Shown: positions 38,420-51,699 of the stretch, one piece after another
How positions within the stretch are numbered: position 1 is the stretch's first letter
Layout: each line of letters begins with the position of its first letter
Source: Thermodesulfobacteriota bacterium
Lineage (GTDB): Bacteria; Desulfobacterota; QYQD01
Direction of reading: 5' to 3'
Assembly (NCBI GenBank): GCA_040754095.1
Contig: JBFMFO010000003.1
Coordinates: 57,401-121,400, forward strand
Length of the DNA: 64,000 bases
Notes under the pieces: generated by a model
Database searches by the model: none
Told to the model about the DNA's origin: nothing
Seen by the model: the letters and a program-made list of their open reading frames with translations, nothing else
Program-made: the position numbers and the translations under genes

Positions 38420-38730
38420 ACGATGGGCAACAACCGATCATTAGTCATCGGCCATCGGTTAGTGCTCAACCGGAAATTACCGTTTCCGGCTTACGGTCGG
38501 CCTAAGGCCGGTCGTGCCACGCGCCGATTCGCCGGGGCGAGCTTCACGCTTTCAGCGGTCAGCTGTCAGCATGTTTGTTATCCGTTAACCGTTGTCCGAC
38601 ATTTTCTTTCGGTTAACGGTCAACAGTGAACGGTGGGCCGGCTTTATGCTGAAGGCTGATAGCTGAATGCTGATCGCTTTTACCAGTGACAAATGACTAT
38701 TGACTAATGACATTCACTATACTTTGTTTG
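38420..38730. repeat. Composite mosaic repeat block. The 38420-38560 portion is the reverse complement of 51780-51900, and 38560-38680 relates to 19840-19990.
   Basis: Shared strings: atcattagtcatcggccatcggttag, ccggaaattaccgtttccgg, cagcggtcagctgtcagcatgtttgttatccgttaaccgttgtccgac, accagtgacaaatgactattgactaatgac. Confidence 0.75.
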
Positions 38731-38815
38731 TTTTTTACCACAAAGTCACTGAAAAAGCCAAGGCCTAAAACAGCCAAAAGCTGAAAGCTGAAGGCTGATA
38801 GCTGATGGCTATTTT

Positions 38816-39400
38816 TCAGGATACAGCAATTCCGCGGATAAAGAAATCGCTGATTTGTTTGGCTGCGGTATGCGTACTGTATTTTTTTTGAGGGGAGAGT
38901 ATCCAGAAACGGGACATTTCATCTAAAGCTCCGAAAAAAGCCCGCTTGGCTATGCCCGGCATGACGTCTTTGCGGATGAGGCCTTGTTCCTGGCCTTTTT
39001 TTATAATGGAAGAGATTATATTTACATACTCGGCAAATTTTTTATTGCGATATTCCTTCATGAATTTACTACTCTGCCGGATTTCGACCTGGAGCACTTC
39101 GGCCATCTCTCTGTTTTCTTCTACAATTTTCAGATGAACCCGGGAAAAAATCTCCAATTGTTTGAGCGGGTTTTCTTCTTTGGCCAGTTCTTCACGCATG
39201 TTGGTTATAATTCCCCCCATCTCTTCCTCAAAGAGGGAGATGAGTATGTCATATTTATTGTTAAAATAAAGATATATCGTGCCGTCCGCCACATTTGCTT
39301 CTTTGGCGATTTCTGAGATGCGTGAGTTAAAGAAACCGTTCCGGGCAAAAATTTTAACGGCGGCCTGGATAATCTTCTGATGTTTGTCGGTGGCTTTCAC
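38816..39400 (-). CDS. TetR/AcrR-family transcriptional regulator
   Basis: N-terminal HTH IIQAAVKIFARNGFFNSRISEIAKEANVADGTIYLYF. Confidence 0.85.
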   Translation of the reverse strand: MKATDKHQKIIQAAVKIFARNGFFNSRISEIAKEANVADGTIYLYFNNKYDILISLFEEEMGGIITNMREELAKEENPLKQLEIFSRVHLKIVEENREMAEVLQVEIRQSSKFMKEYRNKKFAEYVNIISSIIKKGQEQGLIRKDVMPGIAKRAFFGALDEMSRFWILSPQKKYSTHTAAKQISDFFIRGIAVS

Positions 39401-39702
39401 AGAGTTATAGACTTATTTGGCTCAAGAAGATCCCCTATGAATGGTTGCTCATTCATAATATATGTATGAAATAAGATTCCATAAATTTTGTCAAGATAAT
39501 TTTCATCGGACTTTCATTAACATCTCAAAATGAGTGAATTATTTTATTGAATTGGACGATATATATTAGTTAAAAAGGTAAGTATGTATATTATGCATAA
39601 AAAAGATATTGACCCTTGTTATTACACGGGTTATTGTGAAAAGTCGGAAAATAAAAAAAGCGGGAGAACCGGTTAAAATTTAAGTTTTTTCATTAAAATT
39701 AA

Positions 39703-40749
<1,047 letters not shown>

Positions 40750-40762
40750 TGCGGATGTCTTG

Positions 40763-41602
40763 ATGCGAAAAAAGGAAAGACCCCTTAATCGTCTGAAAAT
40801 TTTTATCTTGACTGGTCTGTTAGCTGTTATCCTTTTTGTACTCCTTGTTTCCAGTATAGGGAAAAACAGAGATTTTGGCCCCTGGCAGAAGGTTGGTGTG
40901 GAGTTGTTTGCTCCCATCCAGAAAGGGATCGTCTTCATTCAGAGGGGAATTGCTTCTTTTGGGCATGATTATATCTACTTGGTTGGCGTGCAAAAGGAAA
41001 ATAGATTGTTGAGAAAAGAAATCGAACGACTTCGCAGTAAAAACAATGAGTATCGTGAAGCCCTTCTTGCCAATATCCGGCTCAAGAAACTATTAAATTT
41101 TAAAGAGACGGTGCCCCTGCCCCTTTTGTCGGCAGAGGTCGTTGGGTACGATCCAACGGTCTGGTTTAAGACCATGATTATTAACCGTGGCTCTGACGAT
41201 GGGCTTCAACGAGGGATGGCAGTTATATCTGCTGATGGTGTTGTTGGCCAGATTATAAGTGTCTCCCTGCACTATGCAAAGGCTTTACTGATTACAGACC
41301 GGAACAGCGCTGTCGATGCCATTGTGCAGAGAAGCAGGGTAAGGGGAGTGCTCAAGGGAGAATCCGGGGGAGTCTGTTATTTAGATTACGTTGGGATTCG
41401 TGATGATGTTAAACCCGGGGATATAGTAATCTCTTCCGGGGTGGGGGGGATATTCCCGAAGGGGTTGCCTGTCGGGAGGGTTATTAAGGCCAGGAGTTCT
41501 CGCCCGGGTTTATTTCAACATATCGAAGTGGTTCCCTGTGTTAATATTTCTAATATAGAAGAAGCATTGGTTGTTTTAGAAAAAAGCTCTATAATGGAAT
41601 AG
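40763..41602 (+). CDS. mreC: Rod shape-determining protein MreC
   Basis: N-terminal TM, coiled coil and beta-rich C-terminal domain. Position immediately after mreB. The ATG at 40763 is preferred over the TTG at 40760. Confidence 0.85.
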   Translation: MRKKERPLNRLKIFILTGLLAVILFVLLVSSIGKNRDFGPWQKVGVELFAPIQKGIVFIQRGIASFGHDYIYLVGVQKENRLLRKEIERLRSKNNEYREALLANIRLKKLLNFKETVPLPLLSAEVVGYDPTVWFKTMIINRGSDDGLQRGMAVISADGVVGQIISVSLHYAKALLITDRNSAVDAIVQRSRVRGVLKGESGGVCYLDYVGIRDDVKPGDIVISSGVGGIFPKGLPVGRVIKARSSRPGLFQHIEVVPCVNISNIEEALVVLEKSSIME

Positions 41603-41732
41603 GAATTAGCGCCACAAAGTCACCAAGACACAAAGTTAAAAAAAATCGAATTTCGAAATTCGAAATTAATCTGATCTCTTAGGGCCTTGGTGGCGTTGTG
41701 GCTAAAAATTGCATGGGATAAAGTGACCTAAT

Positions 41733-42233
41733 ATGTTTTTTTTATTTTTACTGGGTTGCGTATTATTAATCCTGGAAACGACTCTATTCTATCATCTGCC
41801 TTTATGGAAACTTAAAATTGACGGGTTGCTCCTCTTAATTATATATGTCTCACTTTACCTAAATGGAATCCAGAGTGGTTTGTTGGTTTTTTCTTTAGGT
41901 ATATTGGTGGATACATTTGCAGGCAGTGCCCTGGGCATGCATGTACTCGTTTATGCCATGCTTTTTTTATTAGTAAAGGTTATCTCACGTAATCTGATCG
42001 TAAAAAATATCTATTATCAAATGGCTATCATTTTTTCCGTAAGTTTTTTGGCTAACTTGGGCCTGCTGGTTTTGGATTTGGTATTCATGGATGGAGTAAT
42101 TTGGTGGCATCACGTTTGGATGGTATTTCTTCAAAGTCTCCTGACGGCTCTGCTAAGCCCTGTCTTTTTCATTTGTTACGATTATTTTGACCGGTTGTTT
42201 GGGTTACGGGAAGCACGCGAGGTTTCGCGCTAG
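41733..42233 (+). CDS. mreD: Rod shape-determining protein MreD
   Basis: 166-aa polytopic membrane protein following mreC. Confidence 0.8.
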   Translation: MFFLFLLGCVLLILETTLFYHLPLWKLKIDGLLLLIIYVSLYLNGIQSGLLVFSLGILVDTFAGSALGMHVLVYAMLFLLVKVISRNLIVKNIYYQMAIIFSVSFLANLGLLVLDLVFMDGVIWWHHVWMVFLQSLLTALLSPVFFICYDYFDRLFGLREAREVSR

Positions 42234-42286
42234 GATTTCTTTAGTAATTCGGTGGTTAGAATATTCTTGGTTCTTATTATAAAAAG

Positions 42287-42385
42287 AATGTCATTAGTCA
42301 ATAGTCAGTTGTCACTGGTAGGAATTAATAAGTTTACCGCACATTACATGACCAATGACTAATGACCAGTGACGTTGTCTATAGA
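42287..42385. repeat. TGACTAATGACCAGTGAC-family inverted-repeat element
   Basis: gtcattagtcaatagtcagttgtcactgg ... catgaccaatgactaatgaccagtgacg. Confidence 0.7.
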
Positions 42386-42388
42386 TAA

Positions 42389-44320
42389 GTGGTCTATATT
42401 GTGAGGCAGACAGGTTCAAAAAGAGATCTACGCATAAGGACATTTGATCCGGCAGAAATCGAGGAATACCACAGGAGATTTGACCGGATTACTGTATTCG
42501 TCATAGTCGTTTTTGCCGTTTTTTTTGCCCGCCTCTGGTATCTACAGATCATAAAAGGTGACGAATACCTCAAACGCTCGGAGAGAAATTGCCTCCGTAT
42601 CCAATACATGCCGGGGCCACGGGGAGATATCCTGGATCGGCATGGGCAGGTGCTGGTGCAAAGCCGGCCGTCTTTCAGCATATCCCTGGTTCGTGAAGAC
42701 GTAAAAGACATAAATAAGTTACTTAACCGGTTGAGTTCCCTCTTGAAGAAAAGTCCGGCCTTACTATGGGAAAAGGTGGTGGCGGCGAAGAATATGCCCC
42801 GTTATATGCCTATACGCTTATGTGAAGATGTGGATGCAGATACCGTGGCCTTGATAGAGATGCACAGGTTTGAGATGCCCGGCGTAACCATAGAGATTGA
42901 ACCTAAGAGAAACTATGTTTATGGGAATATGGCCGCACACTTGTTTGGTTACCTGGGAGAGATAAATGAAAAGGAATTGAAGGGCGAATCATTTAAGAAC
43001 GTCAGGATGGGTGAATTCGTTGGGCGATGCGGCCTGGAGAAGGTTTATCAGGCGGATTTGGCGGGTATAGGCGGCGGCAGGCAGGTAGAGGTTGATGCCG
43101 CCGGCCGGGTGATAAGTGTTTACGGGGATATCCCGCCCGTTTCCGGGAATAATATCCATCTCACCCTGGACGCCGACCTGCAAAGGGTAGCCGAAGATGC
43201 TATGGCTGGCCGTTCGGGGGCAGTCGTAGCCATGGATCCCAGAAATGGAAAGATACTGACCTGGGCGAGCTGTCCTAATATTGATTTGGAAGCCTTTCTC
43301 CACGGATTAAGTCGGGAAGAGTGGTCAGGTCTGGTAAATGATCCTTTACGGCCTTTGCCGGATAAGGTTATTCAAGGGCAATATCCCCCGGGTTCTACTT
43401 ATAAGATTGTAACCATGGCGGCCGCGCTGGAAGAGAAGGTTATTGATCCTGCCGCTCCACTATATTGCAGCGGATATTATCCTTTTGGTAACCGGGTCTA
43501 TAGATGTTGGGAGGAAAAAGGACATGGCAGCGTGGCTATGCATAAAGCTATCGTGCGGTCATGCGACGTTTATTTCTATGAAATGGGGAGAAGGCTGGGG
43601 GTAAAACGTCTGGCACGCTACGCGCAGGGTTTTGGTCTGGGATCACCTGCCAAGGTAGAATTGGAGCATGAAAAGTCAGGACTGGTGCCTACTCCCGAAT
43701 GGAAATTAAAACGGTTTAAGGTGCCCTGGCAGGAGGGGGAGACGCTTTCTATCGCTATCGGCCAGGGTTTTGATCTGGTCACCCCTCTCCAGATGCTGCG
43801 CGTGATTTCTGCTGTGGCCAATGGGGGGGCGCTTTATCGTCCCCAGTTTGTGGAAAAAATCGTTAGTCTTGACGGCAAGATAATAAAACAGTTTAAGCCC
43901 ATAATAGACGGGCGGGTTCCGGTTTGTAAACGTAACCTGGAAATAATACGGGACGGCTTGGCGGGGGTGGTAAATGAGCCGCACGGTACGGGGGGGGCGT
44001 GCCGGCTCAGCACAGTTATGGTCGGAGGCAAGACCGGGACGGCCCAGGTGGTTCGTTTGCCCGCCTACCGTGAGAAGAACATAAGCGCTATACCTTATAA
44101 GTATCGGGACCATGCCTGGTTTGTGGCCTTTGCCCCGGTGGAGGCCCCTGAGATAGCAATTGCGGTTTTAGTTGAACATAGCGGGCATGGTGGTTCAATA
44201 GCTGCTCCCGTAGCCAGGGCGGTTTTGGAAGAATATTTCGGCAAAAAGTCCGGCCCGGACGCCCCGGCGCATCTTCGAGAGGCGGCCCTGGTTCGCACAG
44301 GGGGTGCAAATGATAGATAG
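42389..44320 (+). CDS. mrdA: Penicillin-binding protein 2 (peptidoglycan D,D-transpeptidase MrdA)
   Basis: N-terminal TM. Dimerisation domain. Transpeptidase motifs STYK (GSTYKIV), SCD (RSCDVYF) and KTGT (GKTGTAQ). Confidence 0.9.
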   Translation: MVYIVRQTGSKRDLRIRTFDPAEIEEYHRRFDRITVFVIVVFAVFFARLWYLQIIKGDEYLKRSERNCLRIQYMPGPRGDILDRHGQVLVQSRPSFSISLVREDVKDINKLLNRLSSLLKKSPALLWEKVVAAKNMPRYMPIRLCEDVDADTVALIEMHRFEMPGVTIEIEPKRNYVYGNMAAHLFGYLGEINEKELKGESFKNVRMGEFVGRCGLEKVYQADLAGIGGGRQVEVDAAGRVISVYGDIPPVSGNNIHLTLDADLQRVAEDAMAGRSGAVVAMDPRNGKILTWASCPNIDLEAFLHGLSREEWSGLVNDPLRPLPDKVIQGQYPPGSTYKIVTMAAALEEKVIDPAAPLYCSGYYPFGNRVYRCWEEKGHGSVAMHKAIVRSCDVYFYEMGRRLGVKRLARYAQGFGLGSPAKVELEHEKSGLVPTPEWKLKRFKVPWQEGETLSIAIGQGFDLVTPLQMLRVISAVANGGALYRPQFVEKIVSLDGKIIKQFKPIIDGRVPVCKRNLEIIRDGLAGVVNEPHGTGGACRLSTVMVGGKTGTAQVVRLPAYREKNISAIPYKYRDHAWFVAFAPVEAPEIAIAVLVEHSGHGGSIAAPVARAVLEEYFGKKSGPDAPAHLREAALVRTGGANDR

Positions 44321-45419
44321 GAGGTATATAACCAACTTTGATTGGCCATTACTTGGGGTAGTGCTACTCTTATCAATGTTAGGAGTTCTAAATCTTTATA
44401 GCGCCGGTTATTCTGCTACTGGTCCTGCAACTACAGTTTATCTAAGGCAGCTTTATTGGCTGGGCCTATCCGGGGTCATTATGGTTGTCGTTCTATCTTT
44501 TGATTACCGGCGGATAGCTGAGTGGGCTCCTTACATATATGTGGTATCTATAATAACCCTGGTGGCCGTATTGTTTGTTGGGAAGACAGTTTCGGGCTCT
44601 CAAAGGTGGCTAGGTTTCGGCTCCCTGGTTTTTCAACCGTCAGAGCTGGCCAAGTTGGCGACGGTTATTGCACTGGCCAGTTATTTTTATCACAAGGACG
44701 TTAAAAAGGGCTACGGACTAAGTGACCTCCTGGCGCCGGCGGGTATTGTTTTGCTTCCCTTTATTCTTATCGTTAAGGAGCCGGATTTAGGGACGAGTCT
44801 TTTGCTCCTGTTTATACTGGCGTCAATGGTCCTTTTCGTAGGTCTAAAATGGGGCGCATTTTTGACCTTGCTGGGTTTTGGACTGACCTCTGTGCCGTTT
44901 ATCTGGTCTTTATTAAAGGATTATCAAAAAAAGAGGGTGGAATCTTTTCTCTGGCCGGAAAGAGACCCCCTGGGGGCTGGTTATCATGCCCTTCAGTCCA
45001 AGATCGCGGTGGGGTCCGGCAAGATACTGGGGAAGGGCTATCTGGAGGGATCACAAAGCAAACTTAATTTCCTTCCCGAACAGCATACTGATTTTGCCTT
45101 TTCCGTCCTTGGGGAGGAGTGGGGTTTTATAGGATCGATTCTGCTGATTATTCTTTATTTTTTGCTTATCCTGTTGGGCTTGCAGGTTGCTATCCGTTCA
45201 AAGGAAAAGTTCGGCACCTTTTTGGCGTTTGGCATATTGGCCATGATATTCTGGCATTTAGTGGTAAATGTGGGCATGGTTCTTGGCCTAATGCCTGTGG
45301 TCGGAGTCCCTCTTCCCTTGATCAGTTATGGTGGTTCTTCAGCCATCACTACCCTGACCGGTATCGGCCTGCTTCTTAACATCCGTATGCGGCGGTTTAT
45401 GCTGCAAAAAGGCCCGTAA
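44304..45419 (+). CDS. rodA: Peptidoglycan glycosyltransferase RodA (SEDS family)
   Basis: About 10 TM helices, FtsW/RodA/SpoVE signatures, follows mrdA. Confidence 0.9.
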   Translation: MQMIDRRYITNFDWPLLGVVLLLSMLGVLNLYSAGYSATGPATTVYLRQLYWLGLSGVIMVVVLSFDYRRIAEWAPYIYVVSIITLVAVLFVGKTVSGSQRWLGFGSLVFQPSELAKLATVIALASYFYHKDVKKGYGLSDLLAPAGIVLLPFILIVKEPDLGTSLLLLFILASMVLFVGLKWGAFLTLLGFGLTSVPFIWSLLKDYQKKRVESFLWPERDPLGAGYHALQSKIAVGSGKILGKGYLEGSQSKLNFLPEQHTDFAFSVLGEEWGFIGSILLIILYFLLILLGLQVAIRSKEKFGTFLAFGILAMIFWHLVVNVGMVLGLMPVVGVPLPLISYGGSSAITTLTGIGLLLNIRMRRFMLQKGP

Positions 45420-45648
45420 TCCGAGCCTTGATATCCGGAGATTATTTTAAAAAACCCGCTTCAGATTTTGACTTACTTCATTTATCCCATAATTATGCCC
45501 AATATAGTTTTTAAAACATATTAAAAAAACATTGACACGGGGTTTTAAATCATGTAAAAGCCTTTTTAGTCTACTGAACTGCTATTCACTAATCATGATG
45601 ATTCCTTATTTTATAAGCTGAAACTTCCTTTAAGTGAGGGGTAAACGG

Positions 45649-46074
45649 ATGCTGGATATAGATATTACCTTGTTGATACAGTTGGCCAATTTCCTGGCTC
45701 TGATGGTTATCCTGAATCTCATCCTTTATCGGCCCTTGCGTAAAATTATAGCAGAGAGAAAAGAGAAGGTGTCAGGCTTGGAGCGTGAGATAGAGGGGCT
45801 TATTAAGAACGCCAGCCAGAGGCTTGAAGACTTTAAGGTTAAAATGAGCGGGGCTCACGAGCGAGGGAACAAGGAAAAGGAAAACTTAAAAAATGAGGGC
45901 CTTGGCGAGGAGAAACAGATTATTTCCAAGACCCGTAGTGAGGCCGAGGCATCTAAGTCCCAGATGTTGTCGCAGATTGACCAGGACGCTAATAAGGCGA
46001 AAGAGGAACTGAAAGGGCAGGTATCGGGGTTTGCTTCTGACATAGCGGCCAAGATTTTGGGGAGGGGTATTTGA
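45649..46074 (+). CDS. ATP synthase F0 subunit b'
   Basis: Single N-terminal TM (LLIQLANFLALMVILNLILY), then a long charged helix. First of two b-type genes. The ATG at 45649 has RBS GAGGGG. Confidence 0.75.
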   Translation: MLDIDITLLIQLANFLALMVILNLILYRPLRKIIAERKEKVSGLEREIEGLIKNASQRLEDFKVKMSGAHERGNKEKENLKNEGLGEEKQIISKTRSEAEASKSQMLSQIDQDANKAKEELKGQVSGFASDIAAKILGRGI

Positions 46075-46685
46075 TGGCTGATCAGAGTAATGGTAAGCGG
46101 TTTTTTATAGTGAGTGCCGCACAGGCTCTAACGATTATATCGGTTTTACTGTACTATACGACGGTATTTGCCTCAGGGCATGGTGAGGGGCATGGATACA
46201 GTAGTGAGCTATGGTGGGATCTTGTCTGGCGGACTATGAATTTTACAATTCTAGCCGCCGTGCTCTTTAAGGTACTTAAAAAGCCTGTAAGCAATCTCCT
46301 TTCCGGTCGGCAAGCCTCGATTAAGGATAACTTTGATGCGCTGGATGTAAAAAAGTCTGAGGCAGAAAAGAGGTATGCTGAGTACGAGAGAAAACTTTCG
46401 ACCATCGAGGAGGAGGCCAAAAAAGTAATTCAAGAATATATTGAGCAGGGTGAGGCCGAGAAGAAGCGGATCATCGAAGATGCCGAGAAGACTGCTGAAT
46501 CAATAAAGAAACAGGCTCAATTTGCGGTGGAGCAAGAGATGAAGCGGGCTAAGCTGGTCTTAAGTGCTGAAGCAGCCGAGCTTTCAGTTAAGCTGGCTGA
46601 AGATCTAATTAAGAAGAATCTTAATGAATCAGATCACAAGAAATTGATTGACGAATATATTGCGAAGGTGGTGCATACAAATTGA
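46074..46685 (+). CDS. atpF: ATP synthase F0 subunit b
   Basis: N-terminal TM then charged coiled coil. The ATG overlaps the upstream stop (TGATG). RBS GGAGGGG. Confidence 0.8.
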   Translation: MADQSNGKRFFIVSAAQALTIISVLLYYTTVFASGHGEGHGYSSELWWDLVWRTMNFTILAAVLFKVLKKPVSNLLSGRQASIKDNFDALDVKKSEAEKRYAEYERKLSTIEEEAKKVIQEYIEQGEAEKKRIIEDAEKTAESIKKQAQFAVEQEMKRAKLVLSAEAAELSVKLAEDLIKKNLNESDHKKLIDEYIAKVVHTN

Positions 46686-47233
46686 TCAGTAAGATAGTTG
46701 CCAAAAGATACGCCAAGGCACTTTTTGTGGTTGGCAAAGAGGAGGATAAGCTGGAGGCTTATCAGCAGGAGTTAAATGGCTTTGCGCAAATCCTACAGGG
46801 ATCTCCTGAATTAAGAGATGCCTTAACCAATCCGGTCTATCCTACTGATATTAAGGCCAGATTGATGGGTGACCTGGCCGTAACTCTCAAACTCAGCCCT
46901 ATCATGAGCAACTTCATGAAGCTTCTGGTGGAAAAAAGGCGTATACTTTCTGTTCCTGACATTGCCGTGCTGCATCAGAAGTTAACCGATGAATTTATGG
47001 GGGTTAAAAGGGCGGTGGTTACGGCTGCTATCTCCCTGGCTGAGGATGTAAAACAGAGCGTCCAAAAGGCATTGGAAAAGGTCACCGGCAAAAAGGTTAT
47101 CCTTAATACAGAAGAGGATCCTTCTATTATAGGGGGACTGGTGGTGAGAGCGGGAGACATGGTTTGGGATGGGAGTGTAAGAACTCAATTACGGGATATA
47201 AAAGAAATTTTAAAGAGGGGTGAGGTATCATAA
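46682..47233 (+). CDS. atpH: ATP synthase F1 subunit delta (OSCP)
   Basis: [25 protein letters not shown]. The reading frame opens on a TTG. Confidence 0.85.
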   Translation: MISKIVAKRYAKALFVVGKEEDKLEAYQQELNGFAQILQGSPELRDALTNPVYPTDIKARLMGDLAVTLKLSPIMSNFMKLLVEKRRILSVPDIAVLHQKLTDEFMGVKRAVVTAAISLAEDVKQSVQKALEKVTGKKVILNTEEDPSIIGGLVVRAGDMVWDGSVRTQLRDIKEILKRGEVS

Positions 47234-48753
47234 TGCAGATACGAGCCGAAGAAGTTAGTCAGATTATTAAGGGTCAGATTAAAGAGTATGAGAAAAAGAT
47301 TGACCTCAAGGAGACAGGCATTGTCCTATCTGTAGGTGATGGTATTGCCCGTGTCCATGGGGTCGAGAATTGCCAGGCCATGGAGCTTCTGGAATTTCCG
47401 GGTGGCATCATGGGTGTTGCTCTTAATCTGGAAGAGGATAACGTGGGCTGTGCTGTCATGGGAGACGTGGAGCACATCAAAGAGGGCGACGTCGTCAAAC
47501 GTACGGGCCGCATCGCCGAGGTGCCGGTGGGTGAGGCCGTTGTAGGACGTGTAGTCGATGGCCTTGGAAGTCCCTTGGATGGTAAAGGGCCAATTGAGGT
47601 CAAGGAGACGCGCCGGATAGAGATGATCGCCCCTGGTGTTATTGCCCGGCAGCCGGTTAAGGAGCCCATGTACACGGGGCTTAAGGCTATCGACGCTATG
47701 ACGCCGGTGGGTCGAGGACAACGAGAACTCATCATAGGCGACCGTCAGATCGGCAAAACCGCTATTGGTGTGGATGCCATTATCAACCAAAAAGGTCAGG
47801 ATGTATTCTGTATCTATGTCGCGGTCGGCCAGAAGAAATCAACCGTGGCATTGGTTGCCGAGGCGTTGCGGCGTCACGGGGCCATGGAGTATACGACGAT
47901 CGTGGCCGCTTGTGCCAGTGACCCCGCGCCGTTGCAGTACGTGGCTGCATTTGCCGGTTGTACCATGGGTGAGTATTTCCGTGATACCGGGCGGCATGCC
48001 TTGATTATCTATGACGACCTTTCCAAGCAGGCTGTAGCCTATCGGCAGCTCTCACTGCTGCTCAGGCGGCCTCCAGGGCGCGAGGCGTATCCGGGTGATA
48101 TCTTCTATAACCATTCCCGATTATTAGAGAGGGCCGCTAAGGTGAATGATGCACTGGGGGGTGGTTCATTGACGGCATTACCTATTATTGAGACCCAGGC
48201 TGGCGACGTCTCTGCCTATATTCCGACCAATGTTATCTCTATTACCGATGGTCAGATCTATCTTGAACCCGCACTGTTTTTCGCAGGTGTCAGGCCGGCG
48301 ATTAACGTTGGTCTGTCCGTCTCCCGCGTGGGTGGGGCGGCGCAGGTCAAGGCCATGAAACAGGTTGCTGGTACGCTTCGATTAGATCTGGCCCAGTATC
48401 GAGAGTTGGCGGCCTTCGCCGGGTTCGGTAGCGACCTTGACAAGTCCACGCAGGCGCAGCTCAATCGGGGTGCCCGCCTGGTAGAAATCCTCAAACAGCC
48501 GCAGTACCAGCCCCTGCCTATGGAGAAAGAGATCACTATTCTCTTTGCCGGTGCAAGGGGATATCTGGATGAGCATCCTATAGATGCATTGAGAGCTTAT
48601 GAGGACGGGCTCTACCCATTTATCGAAAGCAAACACCCTGATGTTTTTAAAGAATTAAGGGAAAAGAAGACCATAGACGATAGCTTGGAGGCAAAGATGA
48701 GGAAGGCCCTTGACGAGTATCGGGGCGCCTTCAAGGCCTCCAAGGGCTTGTAG
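47233..48753 (+). CDS. atpA: ATP synthase F1 subunit alpha
   Basis: P-loop GDRQIGKT and full-length conservation. Confidence 0.97.
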   Translation: MQIRAEEVSQIIKGQIKEYEKKIDLKETGIVLSVGDGIARVHGVENCQAMELLEFPGGIMGVALNLEEDNVGCAVMGDVEHIKEGDVVKRTGRIAEVPVGEAVVGRVVDGLGSPLDGKGPIEVKETRRIEMIAPGVIARQPVKEPMYTGLKAIDAMTPVGRGQRELIIGDRQIGKTAIGVDAIINQKGQDVFCIYVAVGQKKSTVALVAEALRRHGAMEYTTIVAACASDPAPLQYVAAFAGCTMGEYFRDTGRHALIIYDDLSKQAVAYRQLSLLLRRPPGREAYPGDIFYNHSRLLERAAKVNDALGGGSLTALPIIETQAGDVSAYIPTNVISITDGQIYLEPALFFAGVRPAINVGLSVSRVGGAAQVKAMKQVAGTLRLDLAQYRELAAFAGFGSDLDKSTQAQLNRGARLVEILKQPQYQPLPMEKEITILFAGARGYLDEHPIDALRAYEDGLYPFIESKHPDVFKELREKKTIDDSLEAKMRKALDEYRGAFKASKGL

Positions 48754-48802
48754 GGGTAATAAAGACTTTCACATCAATTTCATGAGATAAGAGTGGTTAC
48801 CG

Positions 48803-49681
48803 ATGGCTACGCTAAAAGACGTTTTACGGAAAATTGGGGCAGTAAAAAAGACCCAGCAGATTACCAAGGCCATGAACATGGTGGCGGCGGCCAAACTGCG
48901 CGGGGCACAGTCGAAAATGGAGAATTTCAGGCCCTATGCCAGCAAATTTGCTGAGGTCATAGGGAGTCTATCCGCGCACCTGAATGTTGATGCCTCGCCT
49001 CTTTTGGAACAGCGCGAGGTAAAGAATATTGAACTTCTGCTGGTTACCGCAGACCGGGGGTTGTGTGGCAGTTTTAACGTAAATTTGAATAATGTAGCCG
49101 AAAAGTTCCTGCGGGCAAAGGGGGCGGAAGGGGTAGGGACCTCACTCGTTTGTCTCGGTCGAAAAGGTCGAGACTACTTCCGGCATCGTGAGACGAACAT
49201 GAGGGCCTCACATATCGACGTTATGGGCCGGTTTGACATGTCGAATGCCATAACAATTGCCCAGGATCTGGCAAGTAGATTTATTAGGGGTGAGTCTGAT
49301 GAAGTGTATGTGGTTTCTGCGCATTTTATCAGTGTGGCTATCCAAAAGCCCGTTACCAGGAAACTCCTCCCCATAAGTCCAGAAGAACTTGGGGGGGCAG
49401 GAGAAGCGGCCGGCACTGCGCGGGAATATTTATATGAGCCCTCACCGGAACAGCTTATCAGCAGTCTTTTACCTACACACGTGAACGTGCAGGTGTACAA
49501 TGCCATGCTGGAGACGTCAGCCAGCGAGCACGCCGCCCGGATGACAGCCATGGACAACGCTTCGCGTAACTGTAAAGATTTGATCCGGAGCTTGAGCCTG
49601 ATGTATAACAAGGCGCGGCAGGCCGCCATTACGAGAGAATTGATGGACATTGTCGGCGGGGCCGAGGCGCTGAAGAAATAG
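48803..49681 (+). CDS. atpG: ATP synthase F1 subunit gamma
   Basis: MATLKDVLRKIGAVKKTQQITKAMNMVAAAKLR ... C-terminal ITRELMDIVGGAEAL. Confidence 0.95.
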   Translation: MATLKDVLRKIGAVKKTQQITKAMNMVAAAKLRGAQSKMENFRPYASKFAEVIGSLSAHLNVDASPLLEQREVKNIELLLVTADRGLCGSFNVNLNNVAEKFLRAKGAEGVGTSLVCLGRKGRDYFRHRETNMRASHIDVMGRFDMSNAITIAQDLASRFIRGESDEVYVVSAHFISVAIQKPVTRKLLPISPEELGGAGEAAGTAREYLYEPSPEQLISSLLPTHVNVQVYNAMLETSASEHAARMTAMDNASRNCKDLIRSLSLMYNKARQAAITRELMDIVGGAEALKK

Positions 49682-49709
49682 AATAATATTGAATAATGAG
49701 GAGGAATAG

Positions 49710-51146
<1,437 letters not shown>

Positions 51147-51198
51147 GTAGTTGACAAATCATTTGGTTTAGCGACAGAAAGGTACGGAGCAAAAAAAG

Positions 51199-51615
51199 AT
51201 GGCTGATAAGTTATTGCTTGAGGTAACTACACCGAGCCGGATGGTGGTCAGCGAAGAGGTGGATATGGTGGTAGCCCCAGGAGAATGGGGTGAGTTTGGG
51301 GCACTGCCAAACCATGCGGCGTATCTGACGGCTATTAAGTTAGGCGAGTTACGTTATAAGGTAGGCAATAAGACGGAATATGCGATTGTAAGCGGCGGAT
51401 TCGCGGAGATAGTTGCTGATCGTGCCACTTTTCTCGTGACCTCTGCCGAGAAGGCGCATGAGGTTGATGTAGCACGGGCACTGAAGGCCAAAGAGAGAGC
51501 CGAGCAGAGATTACAGGCGGCAGCCGCGAAGAGGGAAACTATTGATGTGGTGCGTGCCGAGGCTGCTTTGCAGAGGGCGATATGGCGGCTAAAGATAGCT
51601 GAGAAGGCAAAATAA
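51199..51615 (+). CDS. atpC: ATP synthase F1 subunit epsilon
   Basis: 138 aa. N-terminal beta-sandwich plus C-terminal helical hairpin. Confidence 0.9.
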   Translation: MADKLLLEVTTPSRMVVSEEVDMVVAPGEWGEFGALPNHAAYLTAIKLGELRYKVGNKTEYAIVSGGFAEIVADRATFLVTSAEKAHEVDVARALKAKERAEQRLQAAAAKRETIDVVRAEAALQRAIWRLKIAEKAK

Positions 51616-51656
51616 TTATGGCCTAAGGAAAAAGGCTGAGAATAGGTTTGAATGGA

Positions 51657-51688
51657 AAAGGGCAAGCGAGGGCTTGCCCTTTTCTTTT
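51657..51688 (+). terminator. Rho-independent terminator after atpC
   Basis: aaagggcaagc-gagg-gcttgcccttt followed by tcttttgg. Confidence 0.6.
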
Positions 51689-51699
51689 GGAATTTCTAT

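Noticed and set aside
45520-45560. Sigma70-like promoter for the atp operon (TTGACA at 45531, 17-bp spacer, TAAAAG)
   Set aside because: The -10 match is weak and I cannot verify a transcription start. It is mentioned only as a possibility, not as a feature.
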